Source: Candidatus Micrarchaeota archaeon CG1_02_49_24 (lineage in GTDB: Archaea > Micrarchaeota > Micrarchaeia > Anstonellales > UBA8471). From it: a DNA stretch of 33,063 nt. Position 1 is the first letter of the stretch; each line of letters starts with the position of its first letter. The translations under genes and the position numbers were made by a program. The DNA lies in assembly GCA_001871535.1 (NCBI GenBank), contig MNVF01000038.1:1-33063 (forward strand), given 5' to 3'. This document shows, in pieces, positions 1 to 7,504 of this stretch. The notes under the pieces were generated by a model. It did not search any database, was not told the origin of the DNA, and saw only the letters and a program-made list of their open reading frames with translations.

Positions 1-93
1 TTGAGCGACCAGCACCCGTAGCGTTTCCGAATGGTGCTGGCGTTGGTTTTGCCCCACGGCACAACCATGCGCAAAACTCGCTCCAAAAGGTCA
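1..93 (-). mobile_element. Three-way-junction palindromic element, copy 0 (one arm cut by the window edge)
   Basis: Reverse complement reads TGACCTTTTGGAGCGA-GTTTTGC-[18 nt]-GCAAAAC-CAACG-CCAGCACC-[16 nt]-GGTGCTGG-TCGCTCAA. Same architecture as the copies at 2913, 4123 and 4737, but the second hairpin is 2 nt shorter. Confidence 0.8.
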
Positions 94-107
94 TGGAATA
101 CATTCAA

Positions 108-497
108 TTAAATCTTTACAATTCCCCTTTCCGCATCCACTTCAACCGTTTTCCCGCTTTCAATCTTGTCTATTTCGATTTTGTCAACGCATGGAATTTC
201 CGAAATAATGCAGCCGACTGCAACAATCGTTTCGCACTCCTTGTTAATTATTGCCGCTGGCGCCTTGCCGTTTTTTTTCAGCCTGTAAAGGGTGTAAGAG
301 CCGACGGTTGAGCCTTTCCCATTGGGAAACGCCAATATTTTGCCGGCAACGCTTTTGCCTTCCAATGGATGACCCTTTTCCACAATAATTCCGCTGTCCG
401 GGTCTACGCCGCCATAAAAAGATACAGGGGCTATTGAAACCATGGCCTCGCCCTTTGCTTTGCCGGAACAAATTTTTCTGCCTGTTAGGTTGACCAT
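108..497 (-). CDS. Aconitase X swivel-domain small subunit (DUF126); probable phosphomevalonate dehydratase small subunit
   Basis: SFYGGVDPDSG, GKILAFPNGKGSTVGSY motifs; GGAGTGA SD upstream of ATG 497; adjacent to the AcnX large subunit. Confidence 0.88.
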   Translation of the reverse strand: MVNLTGRKICSGKAKGEAMVSIAPVSFYGGVDPDSGIIVEKGHPLEGKSVAGKILAFPNGKGSTVGSYTLYRLKKNGKAPAAIINKECETIVAVGCIISEIPCVDKIEIDKIESGKTVEVDAERGIVKI

Positions 498-503
498 TTT
501 CAA

Positions 504-1676
504 TCACTCCAAAGCAACTTCAACCAATTTTTTCAATGGCAATATTTTTGTCTTGAACCCATTCATCATTTTCGCGTAATAACAGCCTTTTGCCGAATCT
601 GTCGCCAGGCATTTGAAGCGCCCTTTCAACGGCGAAACCGCCATGCAGGTGTCGCAGGCGAATTTTGCCCCTGCGTCTTCGATTGTTTTGGCAACCCCCA
701 TGCTGTCGGCAATCTTTTTTGTCGGTCTTGCCGTGCAAATCCAGAATTCCTTTCTGACTTTTTTCCCCTGCAATAGTTTTGCAACCTGTTCTATTTCGCT
801 GAGGGATGCGTGCGGGCAGCCGATTGAGACAAAATCCACATCTCCTGGGTCCGTCAAGGCAACGATTGCCTCATCAATTTCCTTCTTTGAAACTGAAACC
901 TTTTCTTTTGGCGCACGCGTCTTATAGGGAGTGATGCCTTCGATGTGGTATAATGCCGTTCCGCCGTAAGTTGCAATTGAAGCGCTGAAAGATTTCAGTT
1001 CTTCAATGGAGGCGCTTTTTATTCCTTTGATTAACGGGATTTTGTTCCCTATCATGTTCCCGATGACATGGCCCAATGCCCCGAAATCCGGAACATCATT
1101 TATTGCGCAATCGACTTCGACCACAACCTGCGCTTGCCTGTTTTCGTCAAGATGCAGGCCAAATTCCGGGGTTTTCCCGGTAAGGGCTGACGCCAATGCC
1201 GACGGCCCGCCTTCCCTGTTTGTTTTTGCCCCGATTACCGAATTGGCAAAAGCAACCGCGGAACTTTCGCTCCAGGCAATATGCTGCCCGAAGACCGGGA
1301 GATTTCCAACGAGGTAGGGGGTACAGGTGCATGTAGCAATAACCCCCATTCTCTTGAAAGCGCCGATTACCAGGTCCTGCTGCTTTGCAAAATCTTCTGA
1401 AAACCCAAGAGTGCGCCAGTTTTCCAGGTCCATTCCCGCGGGATTGAGGGTGGTCAAAACCCTTGCCCTCCCATCGCGGGCCATCTCTGCCAGGAACTCC
1501 AGGCCGGCTTCCCCCAGATTTTTATAGGACACCCCTGCAATCTGGACGCTTGAAACGTCAATAAGGCGCTTTGCTCCGAAAATTTCTCCCAATGCCACCA
1601 GGATTTCCATGGATTTTTTGACAGCATTTCCCTGTGCGCCGGAAAGCATCTGCTTTTCTGAAAAAGCCAGTTTCAT
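504..1676 (-). CDS. Aconitase X catalytic large subunit (DUF521); probable phosphomevalonate dehydratase large subunit
   Basis: GVSYKNLG, TCTCTPY, AWSESSAVAFANSVIGAKTNREGGPSAL, IGCPH and DTCM Fe-S ligand motifs. Confidence 0.9.
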   Translation of the reverse strand: MKLAFSEKQMLSGAQGNAVKKSMEILVALGEIFGAKRLIDVSSVQIAGVSYKNLGEAGLEFLAEMARDGRARVLTTLNPAGMDLENWRTLGFSEDFAKQQDLVIGAFKRMGVIATCTCTPYLVGNLPVFGQHIAWSESSAVAFANSVIGAKTNREGGPSALASALTGKTPEFGLHLDENRQAQVVVEVDCAINDVPDFGALGHVIGNMIGNKIPLIKGIKSASIEELKSFSASIATYGGTALYHIEGITPYKTRAPKEKVSVSKKEIDEAIVALTDPGDVDFVSIGCPHASLSEIEQVAKLLQGKKVRKEFWICTARPTKKIADSMGVAKTIEDAGAKFACDTCMAVSPLKGRFKCLATDSAKGCYYAKMMNGFKTKILPLKKLVEVALE

Positions 1677-1683
1677 AAAATCA

Positions 1684-3249
1684 CTACAAAAACCTTGTCA
1701 AATCAACCTTCGGGAAAACCGCTTTCCCGAAGTTCTTGCCATTCGCCTTCAACGGGGCAGTGCAGTCAAACCCGCATTTTGCGGTGAAGCACGTTCCGGG
1801 CTCGGCGCTCGGGTCCAGGCTTGAGCCTTTTTCCCTGGGTTTCATCACAAGGCCAGCGTCTGCCTGGAAGCGCGTTGCCATTGCCCACTCGATATCAAGG
1901 GGGTTGTAGATGTCAATGTCCTTGTCAACTATGAAGACGTGCTTGCAGCTTTTATGGCCTTCGAATGCCGCGGCAACCGCCTTTTTCCCGTCGTCTTCCT
2001 GCCGCTTGTCAATTTTGACTATCGCGTGCAGCCAGGAGCAGCCGCCTGGATTGATGTTCACGTCGAGGCATTTGACACCGGCTTCCTCAACCTTTTTGAA
2101 AATCGTGGGCTCGCGCGGCATGCCCATAATGACCTTGTGCTCAAGCTTGCCGGGCAGCAATGCCTGCCATATCGCATCTTTTCTATGGGTTATTCTTTTT
2201 ATCGTGAGCACCGGCTCCTGCCTTGTTATGTCTGTCGTCTCGGTAAGGTCAACAAACGGCCCTTCTGGGGCTTTTTCGTCAAGCCTGACAGTGCCCTCAA
2301 GTACAAACTCGCAGTCTGCCGGAATCGTGGCGTCAAACGTTTTCGCCCTTACAACCTTCAGCGACTCGAGCGAGTTTGCTATCTCCAGTTCGTTCAGGCC
2401 GAAGTCTACTGAGGTTGCGGCAGCAATAAGCACGTTTGGCGCATTGCCGACGCAGACCGCAACATTGAGCTCCTCGTTCTTTTTCAGCAGCTGGTCAAAG
2501 TGCCTGTCTCTTACGACCCGTATTGAAAATTTGTTCTTCCCTATCTGCATTGCCCTATGGAAATCCACGTTCTGTATGCCATCCTTGTCCCTTGTTATGA
2601 AGACCCCGGAACTTATGTAATTGCCGCCGTCTCCTTCGCAGTGGAAGAGTATGGGCAACTTGTCCAGGTCTATTTCCCCAAACTCCACTTCCTGGCAGGG
2701 CGCGCTTTTCACTTCCTCTGGCTTTGTGGGGTGCTCTATTGCCCGGGTTATCTTGGGGATAAGGCCGCCAGCATGAATACTCCGAGGGCTGAAGCCCTCG
2801 GTTTCTGCTGGGTAAACCTGTTCTGGTAATGTCTGTTGGGCTTCAGGCGAGAACCCAGCAGAAACCGCATAGGTGGGTGCGCTTTTTCCCAGCACTAAAC
2901 TGCTGGGTTTCGAGATATTTCTGAGCGAGTGCTGCGCTTGGGGTTGCCGTATGGCAGCACCAACGCCCGGGCCCAAACACCTATCTGTGCTGGCTCGGGT
3001 CGCTCCGGAATATCTCGGCGCACCCTCTGAGTATTCATCAATGCCGAAATAGGCGGCAACCTGCCCCTTGGTGGCAAAGATGTTTCCTGCAACCCTGAAG
3101 CCCGACCCCGTTATTTTTTCAAAAAGCACAGGCCTTTCGCCAGACCCGTTCAGTATGGCCGAAGCCTCCAATTTTCTTGAAACTGACTTTTTCACCGTTG
3201 TAAGCCGGCCCTGCGCGTCCAGCTTTTCAAGATAGCTGCGAAAACTCAT
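1684..3249 (-). CDS. UbiD-family prFMN-dependent decarboxylase (probable anhydromevalonate phosphate decarboxylase) carrying an 88-aa in-frame insertion
   Basis: EGPFVD, DGGNYIS, GGCSWLHA, VDKDIDI and EWAMATRFQA UbiD motifs; operon with AcnX and UbiX; extra low-similarity segment encoded by 2773-3036. Confidence 0.9.
   Translation of the reverse strand: MSFRSYLEKLDAQGRLTTVKKSVSRKLEASAILNGSGERPVLFEKITGSGFRVAGNIFATKGQVAAYFGIDEYSEGAPRYSGATRASTDRCLGPGVGAAIRQPQAQHSLRNISKPSSLVLGKSAPTYAVSAGFSPEAQQTLPEQVYPAETEGFSPRSIHAGGLIPKITRAIEHPTKPEEVKSAPCQEVEFGEIDLDKLPILFHCEGDGGNYISSGVFITRDKDGIQNVDFHRAMQIGKNKFSIRVVRDRHFDQLLKKNEELNVAVCVGNAPNVLIAAATSVDFGLNELEIANSLESLKVVRAKTFDATIPADCEFVLEGTVRLDEKAPEGPFVDLTETTDITRQEPVLTIKRITHRKDAIWQALLPGKLEHKVIMGMPREPTIFKKVEEAGVKCLDVNINPGGCSWLHAIVKIDKRQEDDGKKAVAAAFEGHKSCKHVFIVDKDIDIYNPLDIEWAMATRFQADAGLVMKPREKGSSLDPSAEPGTCFTAKCGFDCTAPLKANGKNFGKAVFPKVDLTRFL
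2775..3036. mobile_element. Composite palindromic insertion in ubiD (262 bp plus AT duplication = 264 bp, in frame)
   Basis: Ends GAATACTC...GAGTATTC, flanked by AT on both sides; internal hairpins at 2782-2801, 2799-2813/2853-2867, 2875-2882/3018-3025 and 2888-2907; removal restores YFGI-D-AGGLIPK. Confidence 0.8.
2913..3015 (+). mobile_element. 103-bp three-way-junction element, copy 1 (nested in the ubiD insertion, antisense to ubiD)
   Basis: AGATATTTCTGAGCGA-GTGCTGC-18nt-GCAGCAC-CAACG-CCCGGGCC-18nt-GGCTCGGG-TCGCTCCGGAATATCT, flanked by CG on both sides. Confidence 0.88.
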
Positions 3250-3800
3250 TTGCCCCACCGCCTGAACTTTTCATTTTTAATTCCAAACAAATCCATTATC
3301 TTTCCGGTAATAAACGATTCCAAATCCTTTATAGTTTTGGGTTTATAATAGAACGCCGGAGACAGGGGGAAAACAATTACGCCATAAACCGAAAGGTCGT
3401 ACATGTTCCTCAGGGTAGGTGGGCTTAAAGGCGTTTCCCTGACGCACACCACAAGCCTTTTCCCAGTCTTCAGCATGTTGTCCGCGGCCCTTGAAATCAA
3501 AGTCGAGCAATCCGCCCTCGCAATCTCTGAAATGGTTTTAATTGAAGCCGGAATTACAATCATTCCATCCACCAGAAAGGAAGAGCTTGCAATGGGCGCA
3601 GTCATATCATGATTTGAAAAAACATGTGAAGCCAATTTTTTAATACTCGCAACCGTGCAACTGGTTTCTTCCACAACCAATTTTTCCGCCCAGTCGCTTA
3701 CCACCAGGAAGGTTTCAACCTTTGCCTCTTTCAGGGCATTCAGCAGGTCAATGGCGTAATTCACGCCAGATGCGCCGCAGATGCCGACTATAAGCCTCAA
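3246..3800 (-). CDS. ubiX: UbiX-family flavin prenyltransferase
   Basis: VGICGASG, APIASSS, LISRAAD, VRETPL and PAFYYKP motifs; TTG start with GGGTGAG SD; overlaps the ubiD start. Confidence 0.92.
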   Translation of the reverse strand: MRLIVGICGASGVNYAIDLLNALKEAKVETFLVVSDWAEKLVVEETSCTVASIKKLASHVFSNHDMTAPIASSSFLVDGMIVIPASIKTISEIARADCSTLISRAADNMLKTGKRLVVCVRETPLSPPTLRNMYDLSVYGVIVFPLSPAFYYKPKTIKDLESFITGKIMDLFGIKNEKFRRWGK

Positions 3801-3889
3801 TAACTCACCCTAGAACATCAGATTTTACGAATTGAATGTAAATTATTGAAGTGCTGCCATTTAAAATCGGGGGTTTTGCCAATATAATT

Positions 3890-5113
3890 ATGGAAACTAC
3901 TAGTTCAGGGCAGCTATTCCAGCGCCTCAGGAAACAGGGCTATCACCTAGTGGGAAAACATTCTGCTGTGAAAGCCTGCAAATGGGCAGGCTGCGCACTT
4001 AGGAGAGAGGGCAAGTGCTACAAACACGCTTTTTACGGAATTGAGAGCCATCGCTGCGTCCAGTGCACGCCTGCATTGCAATTCTGCACCCTTTCATGCA
4101 GGTTTTGCTGGAGGATGATGCCCGAAATTTCAAAGCGAGTGCCGTATGAACCTGCACTTATTTGCGGCACCGACGCCCAAGCCCCTATGAAACCGCCCGA
4201 TGGCTTGGGTCGCTTGGAGATTTCGCCAGAGGAGAAATGGCAGAAATTGCCAACGGATTTTGAATGGGATGACGCAGGCACGATTATTGACGGACTGCTT
4301 ATGGGGCAGAAGAAACTTGTTTCCGGCTTTGGCGCATTTGCGGATAAAAAAATGTTCGGCGAAGCATTGGCTCCCAGGCATGCAGCCATAAGCCTTACCG
4401 GCGAGCCTACGATATACCCGCACCTTGGAGAATTGATTTGTGAATTCCATAAAAGGGAGATGACCACCTTCCTCGTGACAAATGGCACGCTACCTCAACA
4501 AATCCGAAAACTGGAAGCTGAAAAGCGCCTGCCCACCCAATTATATGTTTCAATGGTAGCCCCTGATGAGAAGACATACCTTCAGACCGCGCAAACCGAG
4601 GACAAACGGCTATGGAAAAACTATCTGGAAACATTGGAAATTTTGAAGGGAATTGGAAAATGTCACAGGACTGCGCTCAGGATGACGCTGGTGAAAAGAT
4701 TGAATGCAGGAACCCGAAACACACAACCCGAAACCCTGACATGTTGGAGCGAGCGCTCCGAGACGGCACTTATGGCAGGAGCGCCGACGCCCGAGCCACA
4801 GGACAATTCCATGAAGGCTCGGGTCGCTCCGACATGTCACCGAAACTGCATTGACGGTTATGCCAAGCAGATTGAGCTTGCCAAACCATGGTATGTGGAA
4901 GTGAAAAGCTTCGTTTATGTCGGAGGGGCAAGGAAGGAGGAGCGGGGCCTGTGCTTAAACGACATGCTCATGATGGAGGAGGTAAGGGAATTTGCAAAAC
5001 TGCTCGCTGAAAAAACAGGCTACATTATCGCGGCCGAGCATGCGCCCAGCAGGGTGGTGCTCCTGTGCAGGAATGAAAACGCAGCAGAAGGCAGGATAAT
5101 AAAACATGCCTGA
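3890..5113 (+). CDS. taw1: 4-demethylwyosine synthase Taw1/TYW1 (radical SAM) with two in-frame palindromic insertions
   Basis: HSAVKACKW, CYKHAFYGIESHRC, CxxxCxxC (CTLSCRFC), AISLTGEPTIYP, FLVTNG, VEVKSF motifs; TTTAAAA TATA-like box at ~3860. Confidence 0.93.
   Translation: METTSSGQLFQRLRKQGYHLVGKHSAVKACKWAGCALRREGKCYKHAFYGIESHRCVQCTPALQFCTLSCRFCWRMMPEISKRVPYEPALICGTDAQAPMKPPDGLGRLEISPEEKWQKLPTDFEWDDAGTIIDGLLMGQKKLVSGFGAFADKKMFGEALAPRHAAISLTGEPTIYPHLGELICEFHKREMTTFLVTNGTLPQQIRKLEAEKRLPTQLYVSMVAPDEKTYLQTAQTEDKRLWKNYLETLEILKGIGKCHRTALRMTLVKRLNAGTRNTQPETLTCWSERSETALMAGAPTPEPQDNSMKARVAPTCHRNCIDGYAKQIELAKPWYVEVKSFVYVGGARKEERGLCLNDMLMMEEVREFAKLLAEKTGYIIAAEHAPSRVVLLCRNENAAEGRIIKHA
4123..4225 (+). 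mobile_element. 103-bp three-way-junction element, copy 2 (in frame in taw1)
   Basis: CGAAATTTCAAAGCGA-GTGCCGT-18nt-GCGGCAC-CGACG-CCCAAGCC-18nt-GGCTTGGG-TCGCTTGGAGATTTCG, flanked by CC on both sides; removing 105 bp gives WRMMP-EEKW. Confidence 0.9.
4711..4846 (+). repeat. Short heptamer tract (AACCCGA-like) inside taw1, interrupted by element copy 3
   Basis: AACCCGA AACACAC AACCCGA AACCC[103-bp element + CC]GAAAC; removing the element restores the 7-nt periodicity. Confidence 0.65.
4737..4839 (+). mobile_element. 103-bp three-way-junction element, copy 3 (in frame in taw1)
   Basis: TGACATGTTGGAGCGA-GCGCTCC-18nt-GGAGCGC-CGACG-CCCGAGCC-18nt-GGCTCGGG-TCGCTCCGACATGTCA, flanked by CC on both sides. 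Confidence 0.9.
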
Positions 5114-5756
5114 GAAAAAGTTGCAGGTGGGTTTTATGAAACAAGTGCGAACGAGGAAATCTGAAAAAGTAAACAAAACAATTAAGGCGCTCATCATAGA
5201 TTTGGACGGCACTCTCGTGGATTCAACCGATTCGGTCATTCAGATGTACAATACGGTGTTCGCTGATTTCGGGCTGGAACAGCCCCATGAAAATAAGGTG
5301 CGGGCGCTCTTTGGCAGGACAACGCGCGAGTTCATAAACACCCTTGCGCCAGAGCTGCCGGATGACAGGAAAAAGGCCATGTTCAATGCCCTGAGAACGG
5401 CTACCATCGAGGTCGTGCCCTTGATAAAGAAGGGCGAGCTCTGCGGACATATCCCAAAGTTTGCTGAAAAATACAAGCTTGCAGTGGTAACCAACAGGGG
5501 AGAGAATTCCACCAACATCATACTTGAGAAGTTCGATATCCGCAAATATTTTGATTTGGTGGTCAGCGCAGTGCTCCACGAGCCAAAGCCCAGCCCGGAC
5601 ATGCTCTTTTATGTGCTGAAGCAGTTCGGAATATCCCCGGAGGAAGCGGTTTTCCTGGGCGACAGGGACGTGGATGCGATGGCAGGCGCACGGGCTGGTG
5701 TGAGAACACTATTGGTGCCTTTGGGAAAAAAGGCAATGGATGAATTGCTCGGCTAA
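5106..5756 (+). CDS. HAD-superfamily hydrolase (phosphoglycolate phosphatase-like); start may be ATG 5136
   Basis: DLDGTLVDS motif I, VVTN motif II, KPSP motif III, FLGDRDVD motif IV. Confidence 0.88.
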   Translation: MPEKKLQVGFMKQVRTRKSEKVNKTIKALIIDLDGTLVDSTDSVIQMYNTVFADFGLEQPHENKVRALFGRTTREFINTLAPELPDDRKKAMFNALRTATIEVVPLIKKGELCGHIPKFAEKYKLAVVTNRGENSTNIILEKFDIRKYFDLVVSAVLHEPKPSPDMLFYVLKQFGISPEEAVFLGDRDVDAMAGARAGVRTLLVPLGKKAMDELLG

Positions 5757-6136
5757 CTAGGCCTTATTTTCCTTCTTGAGGTGGTTTTCCTTTGGACACG
5801 CATGACCATCCAATGGCCTGTGCGATTTGGCCCGCGCTTTGGAGGGATACGGATTATTTTTGGATAAAAAACCGTGACTGTCTGCGCAGGAGATTGAGCC
5901 TTAACCTTCATTACAGAAGACCTAACCGGCTTAGGGTCAATAGCGCCATTGCCGCCAGAATGAGTGGCAGGGTTCCCTTTTTTCCCGTTAGGCACTGACG
6001 CCCAGGGTGGCAAAGTGCCTGGGGATGCCGCAGGAACAACTTGAAGCGCACCTGCACGTGAAAAAACTCCTAACGGCGCAACTAGGCCTCGCAACTCCTC
6101 AAGCAAGACTAACCTTCTCTCAAACGGCATATCCAC
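5753..6136 (-). CDS. Hypothetical protein
   Basis: 127-aa ORF fills the gap between convergent and divergent genes; TTTAAATA TATA-like box upstream on the minus strand (~6195-6202); no recognisable motif. Confidence 0.45.
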   Translation of the reverse strand: MDMPFERRLVLLEELRGLVAPLGVFSRAGALQVVPAASPGTLPPWASVPNGKKGNPATHSGGNGAIDPKPVRSSVMKVKAQSPAQTVTVFYPKIIRIPPKRGPNRTGHWMVMRVQRKTTSRRKIRPS

Positions 6137-6256
6137 ACCCCGGTATTAGACATCCAATTCCAAATTGATTTTGTTATAGATATATTAAATACCGCTATTT
6201 AAAGCTTCTGGCGCAGGCAAATGCTTTTTTAAGTTTCGGAACTCAAATTTTGATGC

Positions 6257-7432
6257 ATGATTATTTTAGACCTAGACGTAAAGAGGCATGAAGCCAGGGT
6301 CAGCGACGCCTCCAGCGTTGGCCAGCTGGTCAATGGCTGCTATGGCGAAATGGTGAAAGGCACCATCCACCTGACCCCGGAGGAAGCGCTCTATCTCATG
6401 GACATACGCAATGCCAGGGCATTTGACGAAAAACTCAACGAATATTCGTTCAACCAGGTGGCAGGCCTCTTCAAGGTGCCTAAGCTTATCCCCCGCTACC
6501 TGACCTATAAGGATTGGAGGGACAGGGGCCTCATTGCCCGCAATTTCAGGGATTTGGCAAGGCTCAACGAGCGCTTCAACAAGGACGTGGTGGCAAACTA
6601 CCCGCACTCTGAATTCCAGCCAAAGCAGTTCTCAGTTGACGGCATGTTCTTCAAGGACAGCCTCATGAGCGTAATCGATGAGGAAAATGCAGGCCGGGAG
6701 CTTTACAACACATATTGGATAGGCCAGTACGGCACCTACAAGGCAGATGCCCGCGGCAAGCTCCTGAAGCTGGATGTATACGAAACCCTTTTCCTGCTCA
6801 GGCATTTCAATTTCAAGCTGGTGAATTCAGATGAAAAAGAGGTCCTGGCAACTGCCAGGGGCCACAACAAGGACTTCCCAAGCCTTTATGATGTGTATGA
6901 GGACTGGCGGCTCAGGAACTTCATACTCAAGACAGGGTTCAAATTCGGCACCCATTTCCGGGTCTATTTCCCTGGCGCCAGCCCGGCAAAAAGCGGCACA
7001 GACTGGATGCATTCCAAGCACGTGATACACGTGTTTCCAAGGAAGAGCAAGCTGCTCATATCCGAATGGGCGCGGGCAATCAGGGTGGCCCATTCAGTGA
7101 GAAAGACGTTCATACTTGCCATCCCAGGGGAAAAGGCAAAGGGCGAAAAGGAAGTCAGTGAGCTGGATTTCCTGCTCTATCACAGGAGAAAGGAGGGCAT
7201 TGAGACGCCGCGGGAGGGCAAGCCGAAATACCTAATGTTTTCGCTCTCTGAGGAAGAGTTCATAGGCGGTGCTGAGCTTGCCAATGCGATTGAATTCTGC
7301 AAGAAAGCCGGCCTTGGCCTGATGCTTGCCATTGCGGATAGGGAGACCAGCGTCACCTACTACCTTGTGAGAAGGATTGACCTGAAGGGAAGCAAATACG
7401 GATATTATGAAATTGGATGGTACCAGCCGTAA
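6257..7432 (+). CDS. endA: tRNA-intron splicing endonuclease, three-unit ARMAN-2-like (epsilon2) type
   Basis: LTPEEALYL, YKDWRDRG, KTGFKFGTHFRVY (catalytic Tyr), HS (His), RVAHSVRK (Lys); 391-aa length with an extra loop after the catalytic Tyr. Subtype assignment is an inference. Confidence 0.88.
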   Translation: MIILDLDVKRHEARVSDASSVGQLVNGCYGEMVKGTIHLTPEEALYLMDIRNARAFDEKLNEYSFNQVAGLFKVPKLIPRYLTYKDWRDRGLIARNFRDLARLNERFNKDVVANYPHSEFQPKQFSVDGMFFKDSLMSVIDEENAGRELYNTYWIGQYGTYKADARGKLLKLDVYETLFLLRHFNFKLVNSDEKEVLATARGHNKDFPSLYDVYEDWRLRNFILKTGFKFGTHFRVYFPGASPAKSGTDWMHSKHVIHVFPRKSKLLISEWARAIRVAHSVRKTFILAIPGEKAKGEKEVSELDFLLYHRRKEGIETPREGKPKYLMFSLSEEEFIGGAELANAIEFCKKAGLGLMLAIADRETSVTYYLVRRIDLKGSKYGYYEIGWYQP

Positions 7433-7433
7433 T

Positions 7434-7485
7434 GGTCTCGGGTCTTGGATATCTGGACTCTGAACCCTGGACTCTGGACCCTGGA
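7434..7485. repeat. Heptamer repeat tract (GGTCTyG switching to CTGGACy) on the left flank of the four-helix-bundle gene
   Basis: GGTCTCG GGTCTTG GATATCT GGACTCT GAACCCT GGACTCT GGACCCT GGA. Confidence 0.75.
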
Positions 7486-7504
7486 TTGATGGGGCAGATT
7501 GCTA

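Noticed and set aside
91..99. 9-nt match (ATTCCATGA) between a loop of element copy 3 and the junction of copy 0
   Set aside because: Too short given the number of comparisons. The other loops show no match to their own or other insertion flanks in this window.
1910..2620. Long antisense ORFs (for example 1910-2620, 26719-27354, 17278-17724)
   Set aside because: Shadow frames opposite well-supported genes, with no motifs of their own.
4123..4225. 103-bp element as a tRNA, hammerhead ribozyme, C/D-box RNA or integron attC site
   Set aside because: No cloverleaf or T-loop, no CUGANGA/GAAA core, no box C/D motifs, and no RYYYAAC...GTTRRRY ends.
2773..4841. Inserts in ubiD and taw1 as canonical bulge-helix-bulge mRNA introns
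   Set aside because: No 3-4-3 BHB motif could be drawn at the boundaries. Copies occur in both orientations relative to transcripts and one is intergenic. All keep the reading frame, so splicing is not required.
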